IMG/VR virus record: IMGVR_UViG_3300037258_000301
Coordinates: 64,001 to 128,000 of that record
Length of the DNA: 64,000 bases
Source: a virus
Reading direction: 5' to 3' (one strand)
Below are positions 8,932 to 17,861 of this stretch, one piece after another (within the stretch, counting starts at the first letter, position 1; each line of letters opens with the position of its first letter). The notes beneath the pieces are model-generated. The model ran no database searches and had not been told where the DNA came from. It saw only the letters and a list, made by a program, of their open reading frames with translations. The position numbers and the translations under genes were made by a program.

Positions 8932-9649
8932 GCTGCCCGACCTGATCGCGCCCCAACTCCAGTACGGATCCGGCACACCGGACCGCATGGTGATGTTCGC
9001 TGACGTATCCGAGCAGGATGCGCACTACCTGGCAATCGACGCCACCGAGCATGCCCGGCTGACCATACCGCGCGTCAGTGGTGCAACGGCCCGCCGACTT
9101 CAACCGATCTGGGCTCGGGGGTACTTCGGGATCTACTTCCCCGACCCGCAGACATGGTTCATGGAACACGGAACCAACCCTCGCACCATGCGATCGCTGG
9201 CTGGCAAGGTCATCCCGATGTGGGTGTCCGACCAGGATGGCTCAATTCGCGCGAAGAGCCCCAAAGCCGAGACGCGACGTACCGAGGATGGCCGCTTGCA
9301 GGTGCTCATCTTCCGGCGTGCCGCACGCATCGGGCAACGCAAGACCGTCCGACGTCCTAACCGCTTCACTGGCGCCATGGAGACCGTATCGGTGCCTGCC
9401 AGTTATCCCGGCGCTCCCGGTCGCATCAGTCGTCGTGTTCCGGCCGGCATAGGCCCTTCTGGGGGTCAGATCGCGGCCGGCAACGTCGGTGTTCGGTGGC
9501 GTCACCCTGGCCTGCGGGCCATGCAGTTCCTCAACGGGGCGCTGGCCTCCACCGCGTTCAGCGCGAGCCTGTTCATCGGTGAGGTGTATGCCACCGACGG
9601 TGCCAGTCTGGAAACGCTGGTCGAGCAGCAACAGCGAAGGGAGGGGTGA
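8924..9649 (+). CDS. basic virion morphogenesis (tail completion-like) protein
   Basis: Arg-rich; W(F)MEHGT and WRHPGL motifs like neck/tail-completion proteins; overlaps the upstream stop. Confidence 0.5.
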   Translation: MIELPDLIAPQLQYGSGTPDRMVMFADVSEQDAHYLAIDATEHARLTIPRVSGATARRLQPIWARGYFGIYFPDPQTWFMEHGTNPRTMRSLAGKVIPMWVSDQDGSIRAKSPKAETRRTEDGRLQVLIFRRAARIGQRKTVRRPNRFTGAMETVSVPASYPGAPGRISRRVPAGIGPSGGQIAAGNVGVRWRHPGLRAMQFLNGALASTAFSASLFIGEVYATDGASLETLVEQQQRREG

Positions 9650-9652
9650 TTC

Positions 9653-10312
9653 TTGTACCTGACCTATCTCAAAGCTGCCGTGGTGGAAGCACTGAGTGCC
9701 ACCTTCACGAGCACCTACCCCAATCCTGACTTCCGTACGGTTTACGCATCCATCGAGTATCCGGCGGACAAGGCCAACTATCCCGGCATTTGGGTCCAAT
9801 ACGAGGATGGCGCCGAACTGTCGGTCGCCGGTATTGGACATATTGAAAGCACCATCGTTCCCGCATCCAGTGGGACGTCCGCCCAATACGAACAATGGAC
9901 TCGTTGGCACTTCTTCGGCACGGTCACATTGACCGTTGTCGCCTTGTCTTCACTGGAGCGTGATCGACTTTACGACGAAGTGGTGCGTACTTTCGCTTTC
10001 GCCAAGCAGAACCGTGAACTGTCACCGTTCCGAACGAAGATCGAAAAGAACGACTTCGTTGCGATGAACGCAAATTTCGACAACTTGCGACCGTTCGGAG
10101 ACAACGCGGGACCTGGGACGCCCTGGAGCACCGACGAGATCCTCTACGAGAAGTCGATCTCCTTCAACCTGCAAGGCGAATTCACTGGCGACGTCAGCGC
10201 GATCGAGTACGTCGAACTGAGCAAGGTCGAGGTCCAGGACTACATCGCAGGCGCCCCCTACCCGACCTGGCCGGATCAGTCTGGGGGCTTCGACCCCACC
10301 CAGTGGCACTGA
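9653..10312 (+). CDS. putative tail terminator
   Basis: TTG after GGAGG; 219 aa; immediately before the sheath gene (synteny). Confidence 0.5.
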   Translation: MYLTYLKAAVVEALSATFTSTYPNPDFRTVYASIEYPADKANYPGIWVQYEDGAELSVAGIGHIESTIVPASSGTSAQYEQWTRWHFFGTVTLTVVALSSLERDRLYDEVVRTFAFAKQNRELSPFRTKIEKNDFVAMNANFDNLRPFGDNAGPGTPWSTDEILYEKSISFNLQGEFTGDVSAIEYVELSKVEVQDYIAGAPYPTWPDQSGGFDPTQWH

Positions 10313-10318
10313 GGGGCG

Positions 10319-10348
10319 CTGTCCGCGCCCGAGCATCGACGGGGGTAA
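10319..10348 (+). promoter_or_regulatory. CTGT-N22-GTAA candidate late promoter for the sheath operon
   Basis: Intergenic CTGT at 10319 and GTAA at 10345, before the GGAGGAG RBS of the sheath gene. Confidence 0.55.
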
Positions 10349-10379
10349 TTCGTGAGTCGATCCGGGTGGAGGAGTAGCG

Positions 10380-11900
10380 ATGACGGGACCTTTCGGGCAG
10401 TATCTGCCGCCGGGTGTCTACGTAGACGCCGGGCCCAACCCGACCGTCGCGCCAGTGGGTGTCAATCCGACCATCGTGTGCCTGATCGGCAACGGCGTCG
10501 GCTATCACACGTTCAGCGAGAGTGACTCGTTCGCCTCGTCAACCTCCGTCACCTTGCAGCAGACCGGCGTCGATCCGACCTCCGTCGTGGTCACCGGCTT
10601 CGTCGCGGATCCGAACGCCAGTGGGAACTCGATCTCGACAACCTTCGTGCAAGGCGCGAGTGGCACGAACGTGGGCGACTACTACGTCACCATCACGACG
10701 CCGCCCTCCGGTGGACCGCAGAACACCATCGCCGCCGTGGTCAAGACCTCCGGATCCGCGATCAGTTCGACCTACCCACAGGTCACGATCAACTACCACT
10801 ACACCGATGCCACGTACTACCAGCTCAACGCCTTCACCGACTTCACCACCTTCCAGGACGTCTACGGGCCGGCACTCGATCCGGCCACGGGAGCCGTTTC
10901 CTCCCCGTTGTCACTGGCCGCGCAGTACGCGATCCAAAACGGCACCAACAAGCTCTATGCCCTGGCCTTGTCGGGGACCGGTTCCGTCCAGCAGCAGTTC
11001 GCCGCCGCGTACGCCACTCTCTCGGGCCTGAACACTGACGCCAACATCGTGGTGCCGCTCTGGAAAGATGTCACTGATCCGGGGCAGTTGGCTGGCATGA
11101 TGGCCACTCTCAACGCGGCACTGACCGCTGATGCGAACGATGGTGTGCTGCGGGTGGGCATCATCGGCCTGAGCAAGAACTACAGCCAGGCCACCTCCGT
11201 CACTCAGGCGCTCGCCACGACGATCGCGTCAGAACGCATCGTGTTGGCGTGGCCCAATCAGCTTGCCCTCTACAACGGCGTCACCAACTCCACGGTCACG
11301 ATCGGCGGCTACTACCTGGCCGCTGCCTATGGTGGACTGCTCTGTGCCCAGGCCCCCAACATGCCGTTGACCAAGAAGCAGCCCCTGGGCTTTGCCGGTC
11401 TGCCGGCTACGGTCGCCATCGCCATGACCACCACGGTCAAAAACGCGCTGTCCTCCTCGGGCATCTCCGTCACCGAGCCCGCTCGTACCGGTGGGCTGAG
11501 CGTTCGACAGGGGTTGACCACCAACTATGCCGGTGGCCAACTCACCCGAGAGATTTCGCTGGTGCGTCAGGCTGACGCGCTCTACGACCTGGTGCAGACC
11601 ACCCTCGACGCGGCGCAGCTCATCGGTCAGCCGATTACCTCGACCACGGCTCTGTCGGTCAAGGCGATCGTCACCAATGCTCTGGAGACGGCTGTCGCCG
11701 GCAACCTGATCATCGGCTATACCGGGCTCGCGGTCCGCGAACAGGCACCTCCCAACGGCGACCCGACGGTGATCGAAGTCCAGTTCGCGTGGCAGCCCAC
11801 CTATCCGCTGAACTATGTCTTGGTCAACTTCACGGTCGACACCACCACCGGCGTGACCACGGTGAACGCGGCCAACATCACCGGCACGACGAGTGCCTGA
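10380..11900 (+). CDS. tail sheath protein
   Basis: N-terminal YLPPGVYV; C-terminal VRQGLTT..REISLVRQAD..IEVQFAWQPTYPLNYV sheath signature; 506 aa. Confidence 0.92.
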   Translation: MTGPFGQYLPPGVYVDAGPNPTVAPVGVNPTIVCLIGNGVGYHTFSESDSFASSTSVTLQQTGVDPTSVVVTGFVADPNASGNSISTTFVQGASGTNVGDYYVTITTPPSGGPQNTIAAVVKTSGSAISSTYPQVTINYHYTDATYYQLNAFTDFTTFQDVYGPALDPATGAVSSPLSLAAQYAIQNGTNKLYALALSGTGSVQQQFAAAYATLSGLNTDANIVVPLWKDVTDPGQLAGMMATLNAALTADANDGVLRVGIIGLSKNYSQATSVTQALATTIASERIVLAWPNQLALYNGVTNSTVTIGGYYLAAAYGGLLCAQAPNMPLTKKQPLGFAGLPATVAIAMTTTVKNALSSSGISVTEPARTGGLSVRQGLTTNYAGGQLTREISLVRQADALYDLVQTTLDAAQLIGQPITSTTALSVKAIVTNALETAVAGNLIIGYTGLAVREQAPPNGDPTVIEVQFAWQPTYPLNYVLVNFTVDTTTGVTTVNAANITGTTSA

Positions 11901-11943
11901 TGACAGTCACCGCCGAATCCGGACATAAGGAGCAATGAGGTAG

Positions 11944-12432
11944 ATGCCCGATACCCAAGTACGCGTGGTCGGCTCCGGGTTCTCTTCCTTCAGTTATCAG
12001 GGGCAACCCATCGCATTTTTGGAAGGTGTCGACGACTCAGGACAGCGCGCGTTCTCCGACGCGGGCCAGGGCTACCAGTTCATCCACCCGCTCGGTCAGC
12101 GCCATCCCGTCGAGATTGCGACCTCGCGTGTGCTCGCCGGAGGCACGCTGAACCTGACCATTCGCGAGTTGTGGTCGGGCTGGGTCTGGGAGCAGCTTCA
12201 GGGCTTGGCCGGTACCAACAACATCGTGGACGTGTTCGATGTACTGGCGGCAAGCCCGGCCTACGTGACTTGCCAGACGGTGATCCAGCCTCCAGGCAAT
12301 GCAGCCCCCAGGGGTAAGAACTACATGAATTGCACCATTGTGGACATCTCTGACAACGACACCATCACCGTCGGGGCACTGGCCGTGACAAAAGGGATAG
12401 TTGTCGCATATACACACTCAACGGCACTTTGA
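11944..12432 (+). CDS. tail tube protein
   Basis: 162 aa, beta-rich, directly after the sheath gene. Confidence 0.8.
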   Translation: MPDTQVRVVGSGFSSFSYQGQPIAFLEGVDDSGQRAFSDAGQGYQFIHPLGQRHPVEIATSRVLAGGTLNLTIRELWSGWVWEQLQGLAGTNNIVDVFDVLAASPAYVTCQTVIQPPGNAAPRGKNYMNCTIVDISDNDTITVGALAVTKGIVVAYTHSTAL

Positions 12433-12464
12433 GTTGATCTTGAGCCATTGATTGAGGAGACCTG

Positions 12465-12995
12465 ATGCCCCAGTTCAGCGCCGATGAGGCTCAGGTCGCT
12501 TCGGCCATGGCCGGTGTACGTTCACCCGCGACCCCACAGAGCGCCCCCGAGCCACCCGTAACGCTTCCGGAGCCCGAACCGGTCTTGGACTACCGAGAGT
12601 TCGATCCAAAGCACAGGGAAGCGTTCACGGGCCTGCTCTACGTCGGGCATCTCGATCATGAATTCCAGCTCTACGGCCACACCTTCCGGATCGCCACCCC
12701 GACCCAGACCGAACGGTTGCAGGTTGGGCCGGTGGTCAAGGAGTTCCGAGACACGATCACCAACGAGATCGCTTATCAGGCGGCCGTGGTCGCACTGTAC
12801 CTGGTGTCGATCGACGGTCAAGCATTGCCGCAGCCGATCCTGGCCAACGCCAAGGACGCGGCGGTACGTGACCGGTTCAACTGGGTGACCGAGAACATGC
12901 GCCGACCCGTGATCAACGCGGTGTTCGACCAGTCCATGATCCTGGAGGACGTGGTCGACGAGACCCTGGAGGCCATGGGAAAAGCGTCGGCCTGA
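12465..12995 (+). CDS. tail assembly chaperone (short form)
   Basis: Between tube and tape measure; ends ATG GGA AAA GCG with a slippery site. Confidence 0.85.
   Translation: MPQFSADEAQVASAMAGVRSPATPQSAPEPPVTLPEPEPVLDYREFDPKHREAFTGLLYVGHLDHEFQLYGHTFRIATPTQTERLQVGPVVKEFRDTITNEIAYQAAVVALYLVSIDGQALPQPILANAKDAAVRDRFNWVTENMRRPVINAVFDQSMILEDVVDETLEAMGKASA
12977..12983 (+). other. programmed -1 ribosomal frameshift site G GGA AAA
   Basis: The -1 frame from 12983 (AGC GTC GGC CTG ACA GGA GTC GAC GAC TGG ATG) is open into the ORF ending at 13465. Confidence 0.85.
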
Positions 12996-13465
12996 CAGGA
13001 GTCGACGACTGGATGTCAGGCGAAATCAGGATGGCTGCCGACATGGGGCTGCTCGTCGGCGTTTACCGTTCGCCCGTGCAGTTCAAGGCGCTGTTCATCA
13101 AGGGCTACCTCGACATCATCCGAGATATCTCGACCAGGCGAGACCAGCGGGTGGAGGCTCTCAAGTTCGCCATGGGGGCCTCGGGACACTGGACGTTCGA
13201 ATCGCTGTTCCCCGAGGCGTTCAAGGGGGTCTCGGCTCAACAGTCCACGTCGGTTGCCGCTGCCCCGGTTGAACAGGTGGTCGATTCCGAATCGTGGTCA
13301 GCTGATCAGAGGTGGGACTACTCGGCCGTCGAGTGGAAGACTCCCACCACGGCCAAGGCGGAGTATGACGAGATCATGCGCAAGCTGGCGGCCAAGAGTA
13401 CCGGCACGATGAACGGCACCCAGATTACGACACCGCAGTGGCCGCACATGGGCAAGTGGCGATAG
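12983..13465 (+). CDS. tail assembly chaperone, frameshift extension
   Basis: -1 frame continuation of 12465..12995; the ATG at 13013 lies in this frame. Confidence 0.8.
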   Translation, partial: SVGLTGVDDWMSGEIRMAADMGLLVGVYRSPVQFKALFIKGYLDIIRDISTRRDQRVEALKFAMGASGHWTFESLFPEAFKGVSAQQSTSVAAAPVEQVVDSESWSADQRWDYSAVEWKTPTTAKAEYDEIMRKLAAKSTGTMNGTQITTPQWPHMGKWR

Positions 13466-13474
13466 GAGGACCGG

Positions 13475-16162
13475 ATGCCTCGTGAAGGACGACATCGCGC
13501 TGAACGCGGGGATCAGGCTGCCCAGGCCCAGCGTGACCGCATGCAGCAGATGGCCGCTGGTCTTCCCAGCAACGGCGGTATCGGGGGCGGTGGTGGCAGT
13601 TACAACACCAAGAACCCGATGCCGGTCAACGTCGTCACCGGCCAGCAGGACTTCTTCGACAAGCTGTCCAAAGCGCTGGGGATCTCCGACGCCGAACATG
13701 GTCTCACCGGCGGGGGTGGTCTTGGCCTGGGCAATCTCAGCAAACAATTCCAGGCCATGGTCACTGAGCAGCGTGCCCAGACGCAGGTGCTGAATCAGTC
13801 TCTGCGCGAACAGCAACTCACCAACCAGATCCTCATCAGCATGCGGAGTGGAGTGGGTGGAGTGGGTGGAGTGGGTGGAGTGGGTGGCACACCTCCCATT
13901 CCTGGGATGCCCCCGATGCCTCGGGGCGGCCCTCGTGGCCCGTATGGTTACACACCCTTCGGCGGCCCTGCTGGATCCTCGACCGGCTCTCCGGCCAGCG
14001 ACCCGTCGTTGCGTCGACAGGTGAACAACCACTACTACAACAACGGGGGCGCTCCCGCTCAGCACTTTCGGTTCGGTGCGGCCGGCGGTCGTGCCCCACA
14101 GAGCATGGGGACGCTGCAACACCGGGCAGCACATGCCATTCACAACCAGTGGGGTGCGGGGCAACAGCCGGTCCTGCACAGGATTCCGGCCTTTGATGCT
14201 GGCGGTAATCCTTACACCAAAGCGATCCGTGAAGATCCCGACGGTACATTCACCGACATCACCACCGACGACGCGCAAGTGGATGCTCTGGCTGGGGGAC
14301 CTAGCGCCGGCAGGATGGCCGCCTCGGGATTTGCCAGCGGGTTCGCTGAAGACGGCGTCATGGGTGGCTTGCGGGCGACGCCGGGTCTCGGTCTTATCGT
14401 GGGTGCCGCCGAGGGAGTCAACAGGGGTGCCGAGTGGCTGACCAACCAACGTGCGGCGAACGCTCAATACCAGTCCATCTACAACCAAGGAAACGTCGGA
14501 AACATCTTCGGCGACATCGGCTCGTTCCTCAACGGAGGCGCGGGAGGATCCACTAGTGGTCTCGGCAACCGGATGGGCGAAGAAGGCTTCGTTCTGTCCA
14601 ACCGCTTCTCCGCAGGAGGGCTGGACTCGCAGAGTGCCCGTCAGCTCTATCAAGGAGTGGCGAGTCTCGGTTTCTCCGGTAGTCAACAGTCGCAGGCACT
14701 CCAGCTCGGCCAGCAAGGCTATGCCTCGATGGGCATGCCGGTGGACCAGTGGCTGCAAGCGGTTTCGCTCTCCGCGCAGAACCTGAACGGTGACCTCTCC
14801 AACCTTTCCCAGCAGATGACTACCGTGTCTCAGGCGGCCGTCTCGACCGGGCAAAACGCCAATACCCTCCGAGAATCCCTGATTGGCAACTACCAAGCCG
14901 TTGGTTCGATGGTGACCGGGGCTGGGCAGTCCTCCCTTGCGGGAGCACTCACCATGGCCAACCTGGGTACCAGCCGTGCCTTCGCGGGCATGAGCGAAGC
15001 CGGGATGATCAATAACCCGGTCACTCTCAATATGGCGGCATCCAGTCAGGGCATGACCGCCAACCAGCTGCTCACCCAGGCCAACAACGGCAACGTCGGT
15101 CCACTGGCCACCGGCATCCAGAGTACTGAGACGTCACTGCTCGGCAACCTGGTCAGCCCTACGATGCGTGCCGCACTCAACCAGTTCGTCTCGGCTCACG
15201 GCGGAGCAGCCAACGTTCTGAATAGTCCCAACACCCTCCAGAACGCCGGCCAGGCGATGATGGCCGCGTCCAACATCCCTCCCGCGATGATTCCCCAGTT
15301 CATGCAGCAGATCGGCATGACGCCAGGCGCAAACATCGAGGACGACTACGCCAAGATCGCGCAGACGATTCTGGGTTCTGGTGTAGGAGGGGCAGCGGCG
15401 GCGAATAGTGGAGTCACTCCACTAGGCAGTTCACAACTGGCCGGAGCGGGCCAGATCAACGCGAACCCCACCGGGTATCAAGCCGTCACCACCGGTGGGA
15501 TCGCTGGCGCCGCACAGGCAGCCAAGGGGGCGAACGGAGGCTGGATCGCCTCCTCGATCGGACAGTCCGGGACAGCGGCCGACAAGGGGCTGGCGAGCTG
15601 GTTCGGCTCGAACACGAACGCCTCCTCAACGGCAGCCATCGCCGCGTACGGGCAGACCGAATCGAAGTACAAGGTCTCCGACCCCGCCATCTCGACGTTG
15701 ATCCAGTCCATCGGCAATGACCCCAACGTCGGTATCGCGGTCACCACGTCCAAGGGGGATGAGGTGGTCTCCCTGGACAACGCCATCCGACTGTTCCCCG
15801 ACCAGATCGCCAACGGGTCCGCCAAGATCGTCGGCGGTCCGAATGATGGCAAGACGGTCGGGCAGGTCGCAGGTCAGGACCAGGGTAAGAACCCGTATGG
15901 CAACAGCACCGGCAAGGCCCCTGCGTCTGGCGGCATCCAGGGGTCGGGCAAGACGACGGCCGAGCAGGCATGGGCCAAGCAACACCCCGACTCTGACACC
16001 CAGACCTCCGGACAGAACGGCTCCGGCTCCTCGGGCACCGTCACCATCGGCCTTACCGATGCTGCCTCACAACTACTGACCATCGCCGGCTCCACCGGCA
16101 ACGTCAACACCGCCAACGCCGCCGGTGGAGTTCCGGTGCCCACCTCGGGGGTGTCGCACTGA
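13475..16162 (+). CDS. tape measure protein, 895 aa
   Basis: AGGAGG RBS; G/A/Q/N-rich; follows the chaperone pair. Confidence 0.8.
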   Translation: MPREGRHRAERGDQAAQAQRDRMQQMAAGLPSNGGIGGGGGSYNTKNPMPVNVVTGQQDFFDKLSKALGISDAEHGLTGGGGLGLGNLSKQFQAMVTEQRAQTQVLNQSLREQQLTNQILISMRSGVGGVGGVGGVGGTPPIPGMPPMPRGGPRGPYGYTPFGGPAGSSTGSPASDPSLRRQVNNHYYNNGGAPAQHFRFGAAGGRAPQSMGTLQHRAAHAIHNQWGAGQQPVLHRIPAFDAGGNPYTKAIREDPDGTFTDITTDDAQVDALAGGPSAGRMAASGFASGFAEDGVMGGLRATPGLGLIVGAAEGVNRGAEWLTNQRAANAQYQSIYNQGNVGNIFGDIGSFLNGGAGGSTSGLGNRMGEEGFVLSNRFSAGGLDSQSARQLYQGVASLGFSGSQQSQALQLGQQGYASMGMPVDQWLQAVSLSAQNLNGDLSNLSQQMTTVSQAAVSTGQNANTLRESLIGNYQAVGSMVTGAGQSSLAGALTMANLGTSRAFAGMSEAGMINNPVTLNMAASSQGMTANQLLTQANNGNVGPLATGIQSTETSLLGNLVSPTMRAALNQFVSAHGGAANVLNSPNTLQNAGQAMMAASNIPPAMIPQFMQQIGMTPGANIEDDYAKIAQTILGSGVGGAAAANSGVTPLGSSQLAGAGQINANPTGYQAVTTGGIAGAAQAAKGANGGWIASSIGQSGTAADKGLASWFGSNTNASSTAAIAAYGQTESKYKVSDPAISTLIQSIGNDPNVGIAVTTSKGDEVVSLDNAIRLFPDQIANGSAKIVGGPNDGKTVGQVAGQDQGKNPYGNSTGKAPASGGIQGSGKTTAEQAWAKQHPDSDTQTSGQNGSGSSGTVTIGLTDAASQLLTIAGSTGNVNTANAAGGVPVPTSGVSH
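13850..13885 (+). repeat. tandem repeat (GGAGTGGGT)x4 encoding GVG repeats
   Basis: Four perfect 9-bp units read directly. Confidence 0.95.
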
Positions 16163-16851
16163 TGGCTATCGCCACCATCGGCGGAGTTCCCTTCAGAATC
16201 AACCCGAGCCAGGTGTCCTGGACCTATGACGTGGACACCAACGTCATCCCCACCATCGGTGGGCGAGTGGTGCAGATCCTCGGGATCACCCTCGGCGATA
16301 TGACCATTCAAGGCATGTACGGCGTCGATCGAGCCAACCAGCAGGAGAGCTGGGTACTCGCACAGAACTTCACCGACTCGATCGCCAACCTGGTCGAGAT
16401 CCAGTCCGCACTCCCCTCGGCCGCTCAACTTTCCGGCGTCGACACGACCCCGATGCAGCCCACCCACCGGTTCTTCTTCGACGACACCGCCGACACGCTG
16501 CCGGGCTACCCGAGTCATCACTGGGACTTCCAGGTCTACGTCAAGGGGCTGATCGACCTCGACGAGGATGGCAGCTACGTCATCGGGCATCGCACCGGTA
16601 AGTACAGCTACCGCTACCAGCTCACCCTGTTCATCGTCGAGGACAACACCGGGACCCTGGCCAAGGTCGCCCAGGACGCCTTCCTGGATCGGCTTGCCAC
16701 TGGTGTGGGTTGGAAGCAGAGTGACTATAACGGTCCGATGACCCTCAATGACCTTCAGACCTACCTGACCCAGAACAGTCCAGACTCCACCATCCACGGG
16801 CTCGTGCTTCAGGAGTTCGAGAATGCTTCACAGGGGCCCACTGCGCCCTAA
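16162..16851 (+). CDS. putative tail-tube initiator / baseplate hub-associated protein
   Basis: FRINPSQVSW..TIGGRVVQ resembles tube-initiator proteins; follows the tape measure gene. Confidence 0.55.
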   Translation: MAIATIGGVPFRINPSQVSWTYDVDTNVIPTIGGRVVQILGITLGDMTIQGMYGVDRANQQESWVLAQNFTDSIANLVEIQSALPSAAQLSGVDTTPMQPTHRFFFDDTADTLPGYPSHHWDFQVYVKGLIDLDEDGSYVIGHRTGKYSYRYQLTLFIVEDNTGTLAKVAQDAFLDRLATGVGWKQSDYNGPMTLNDLQTYLTQNSPDSTIHGLVLQEFENASQGPTAP

Positions 16852-16870
16852 GGAGAGGAAGGAGGGTGTG

Positions 16871-17065
16871 ATGGCGACCAAGAGCTGGGGCACCGACACC
16901 ATTATCTCGATGCCGGCCCCGTTGCGTCCAGGCCAGACTCCCCTTGTCGATATGGGGATGTTCGCGATGACTGATACCGGTCTCGCCCATAATTTGTCGG
17001 TTACCGACCTGGAGGCGTATCTCAATCCGACCTACCAGCCACCCAAAACTCCGCAGGTGTTCTGA
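16871..17065 (+). CDS. small hypothetical protein
   Basis: AAGGAGG RBS; TGATG overlap with the next gene. Confidence 0.6.
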   Translation: MATKSWGTDTIISMPAPLRPGQTPLVDMGMFAMTDTGLAHNLSVTDLEAYLNPTYQPPKTPQVF

Positions 17066-17772
17066 TGGTCGCATCGGTCGATGGAGTCGCAAACGCCAAC
17101 TGCACCCTGTCCTACACCACCAATACTGACGCCTACTCTTTCGGTACCAAAGTGCGGGGAATATCGTCGGGCTGGACAGTATTGGCCACGGAGTCACATG
17201 CACGGCTACATCGAGCGATGTATCCCATGCAGAAGACCGAGGGTCCATTCCAGCTCACGATGGAACTTAATGGCTATACCGAGTTCCACAAACTGATGAC
17301 GTTTCTGATTAACTATGCTGGTGCGTTGCTGGGTACGGCTGCCAACCCCGCCGGGACACCTCAGACTTCGGCGATGACCGTGCTCGCTGAACAGCCGGAC
17401 GGCTTGGGAAGCTTCTTCCAGATCGGCATCCCCTTCACCGGCATGTACGACGATGATCATGTAGGCAGCATGGTGTTCAACCCCACCGTCGTGTTCATGC
17501 CGGTCCTGGACCCCAGCAGTCCCACCATCTACAACAATGCCACCGGCGCGGGCGGGATCTCCTGGGAGAACTTCGTCAACACCGACAACGGAGATGCCAG
17601 TCAGTTCTACTATCCACGTTCCGTGGGGGAGTCCGATCCGACTGGCGTTTCCCAAAGCTTGTACGACATTCCCCTCACCACCGCGTCCAACTCCCAGACG
17701 CCCACCAGCTCGAACTCCAGCAGCCCCATTCAGGTTCCGTCACTGCCAGGCCCCATTGGCGCTAGCTACTAA
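17065..17772 (+). CDS. minor tail/baseplate protein
   Basis: 235-aa ORF in the baseplate cluster. Confidence 0.55.
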   Translation: MVASVDGVANANCTLSYTTNTDAYSFGTKVRGISSGWTVLATESHARLHRAMYPMQKTEGPFQLTMELNGYTEFHKLMTFLINYAGALLGTAANPAGTPQTSAMTVLAEQPDGLGSFFQIGIPFTGMYDDDHVGSMVFNPTVVFMPVLDPSSPTIYNNATGAGGISWENFVNTDNGDASQFYYPRSVGESDPTGVSQSLYDIPLTTASNSQTPTSSNSSSPIQVPSLPGPIGASY

Positions 17773-17861
17773 GGGGGTCGATTCCAGCGAGCACTCTGGT
17801 ATACAATCCTCGCGTTCAGGCGCACGTCCAAATTACCGACAAACAAGGCAACACTCAGATA

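Noticed and set aside
13298-14896. 532-aa antisense ORF and similar long shadow ORFs (e.g. 38766-39998, 40926-42113, 58762-59898)
   Set aside because: They lie antisense to well-supported genes in high-GC DNA and show no motifs
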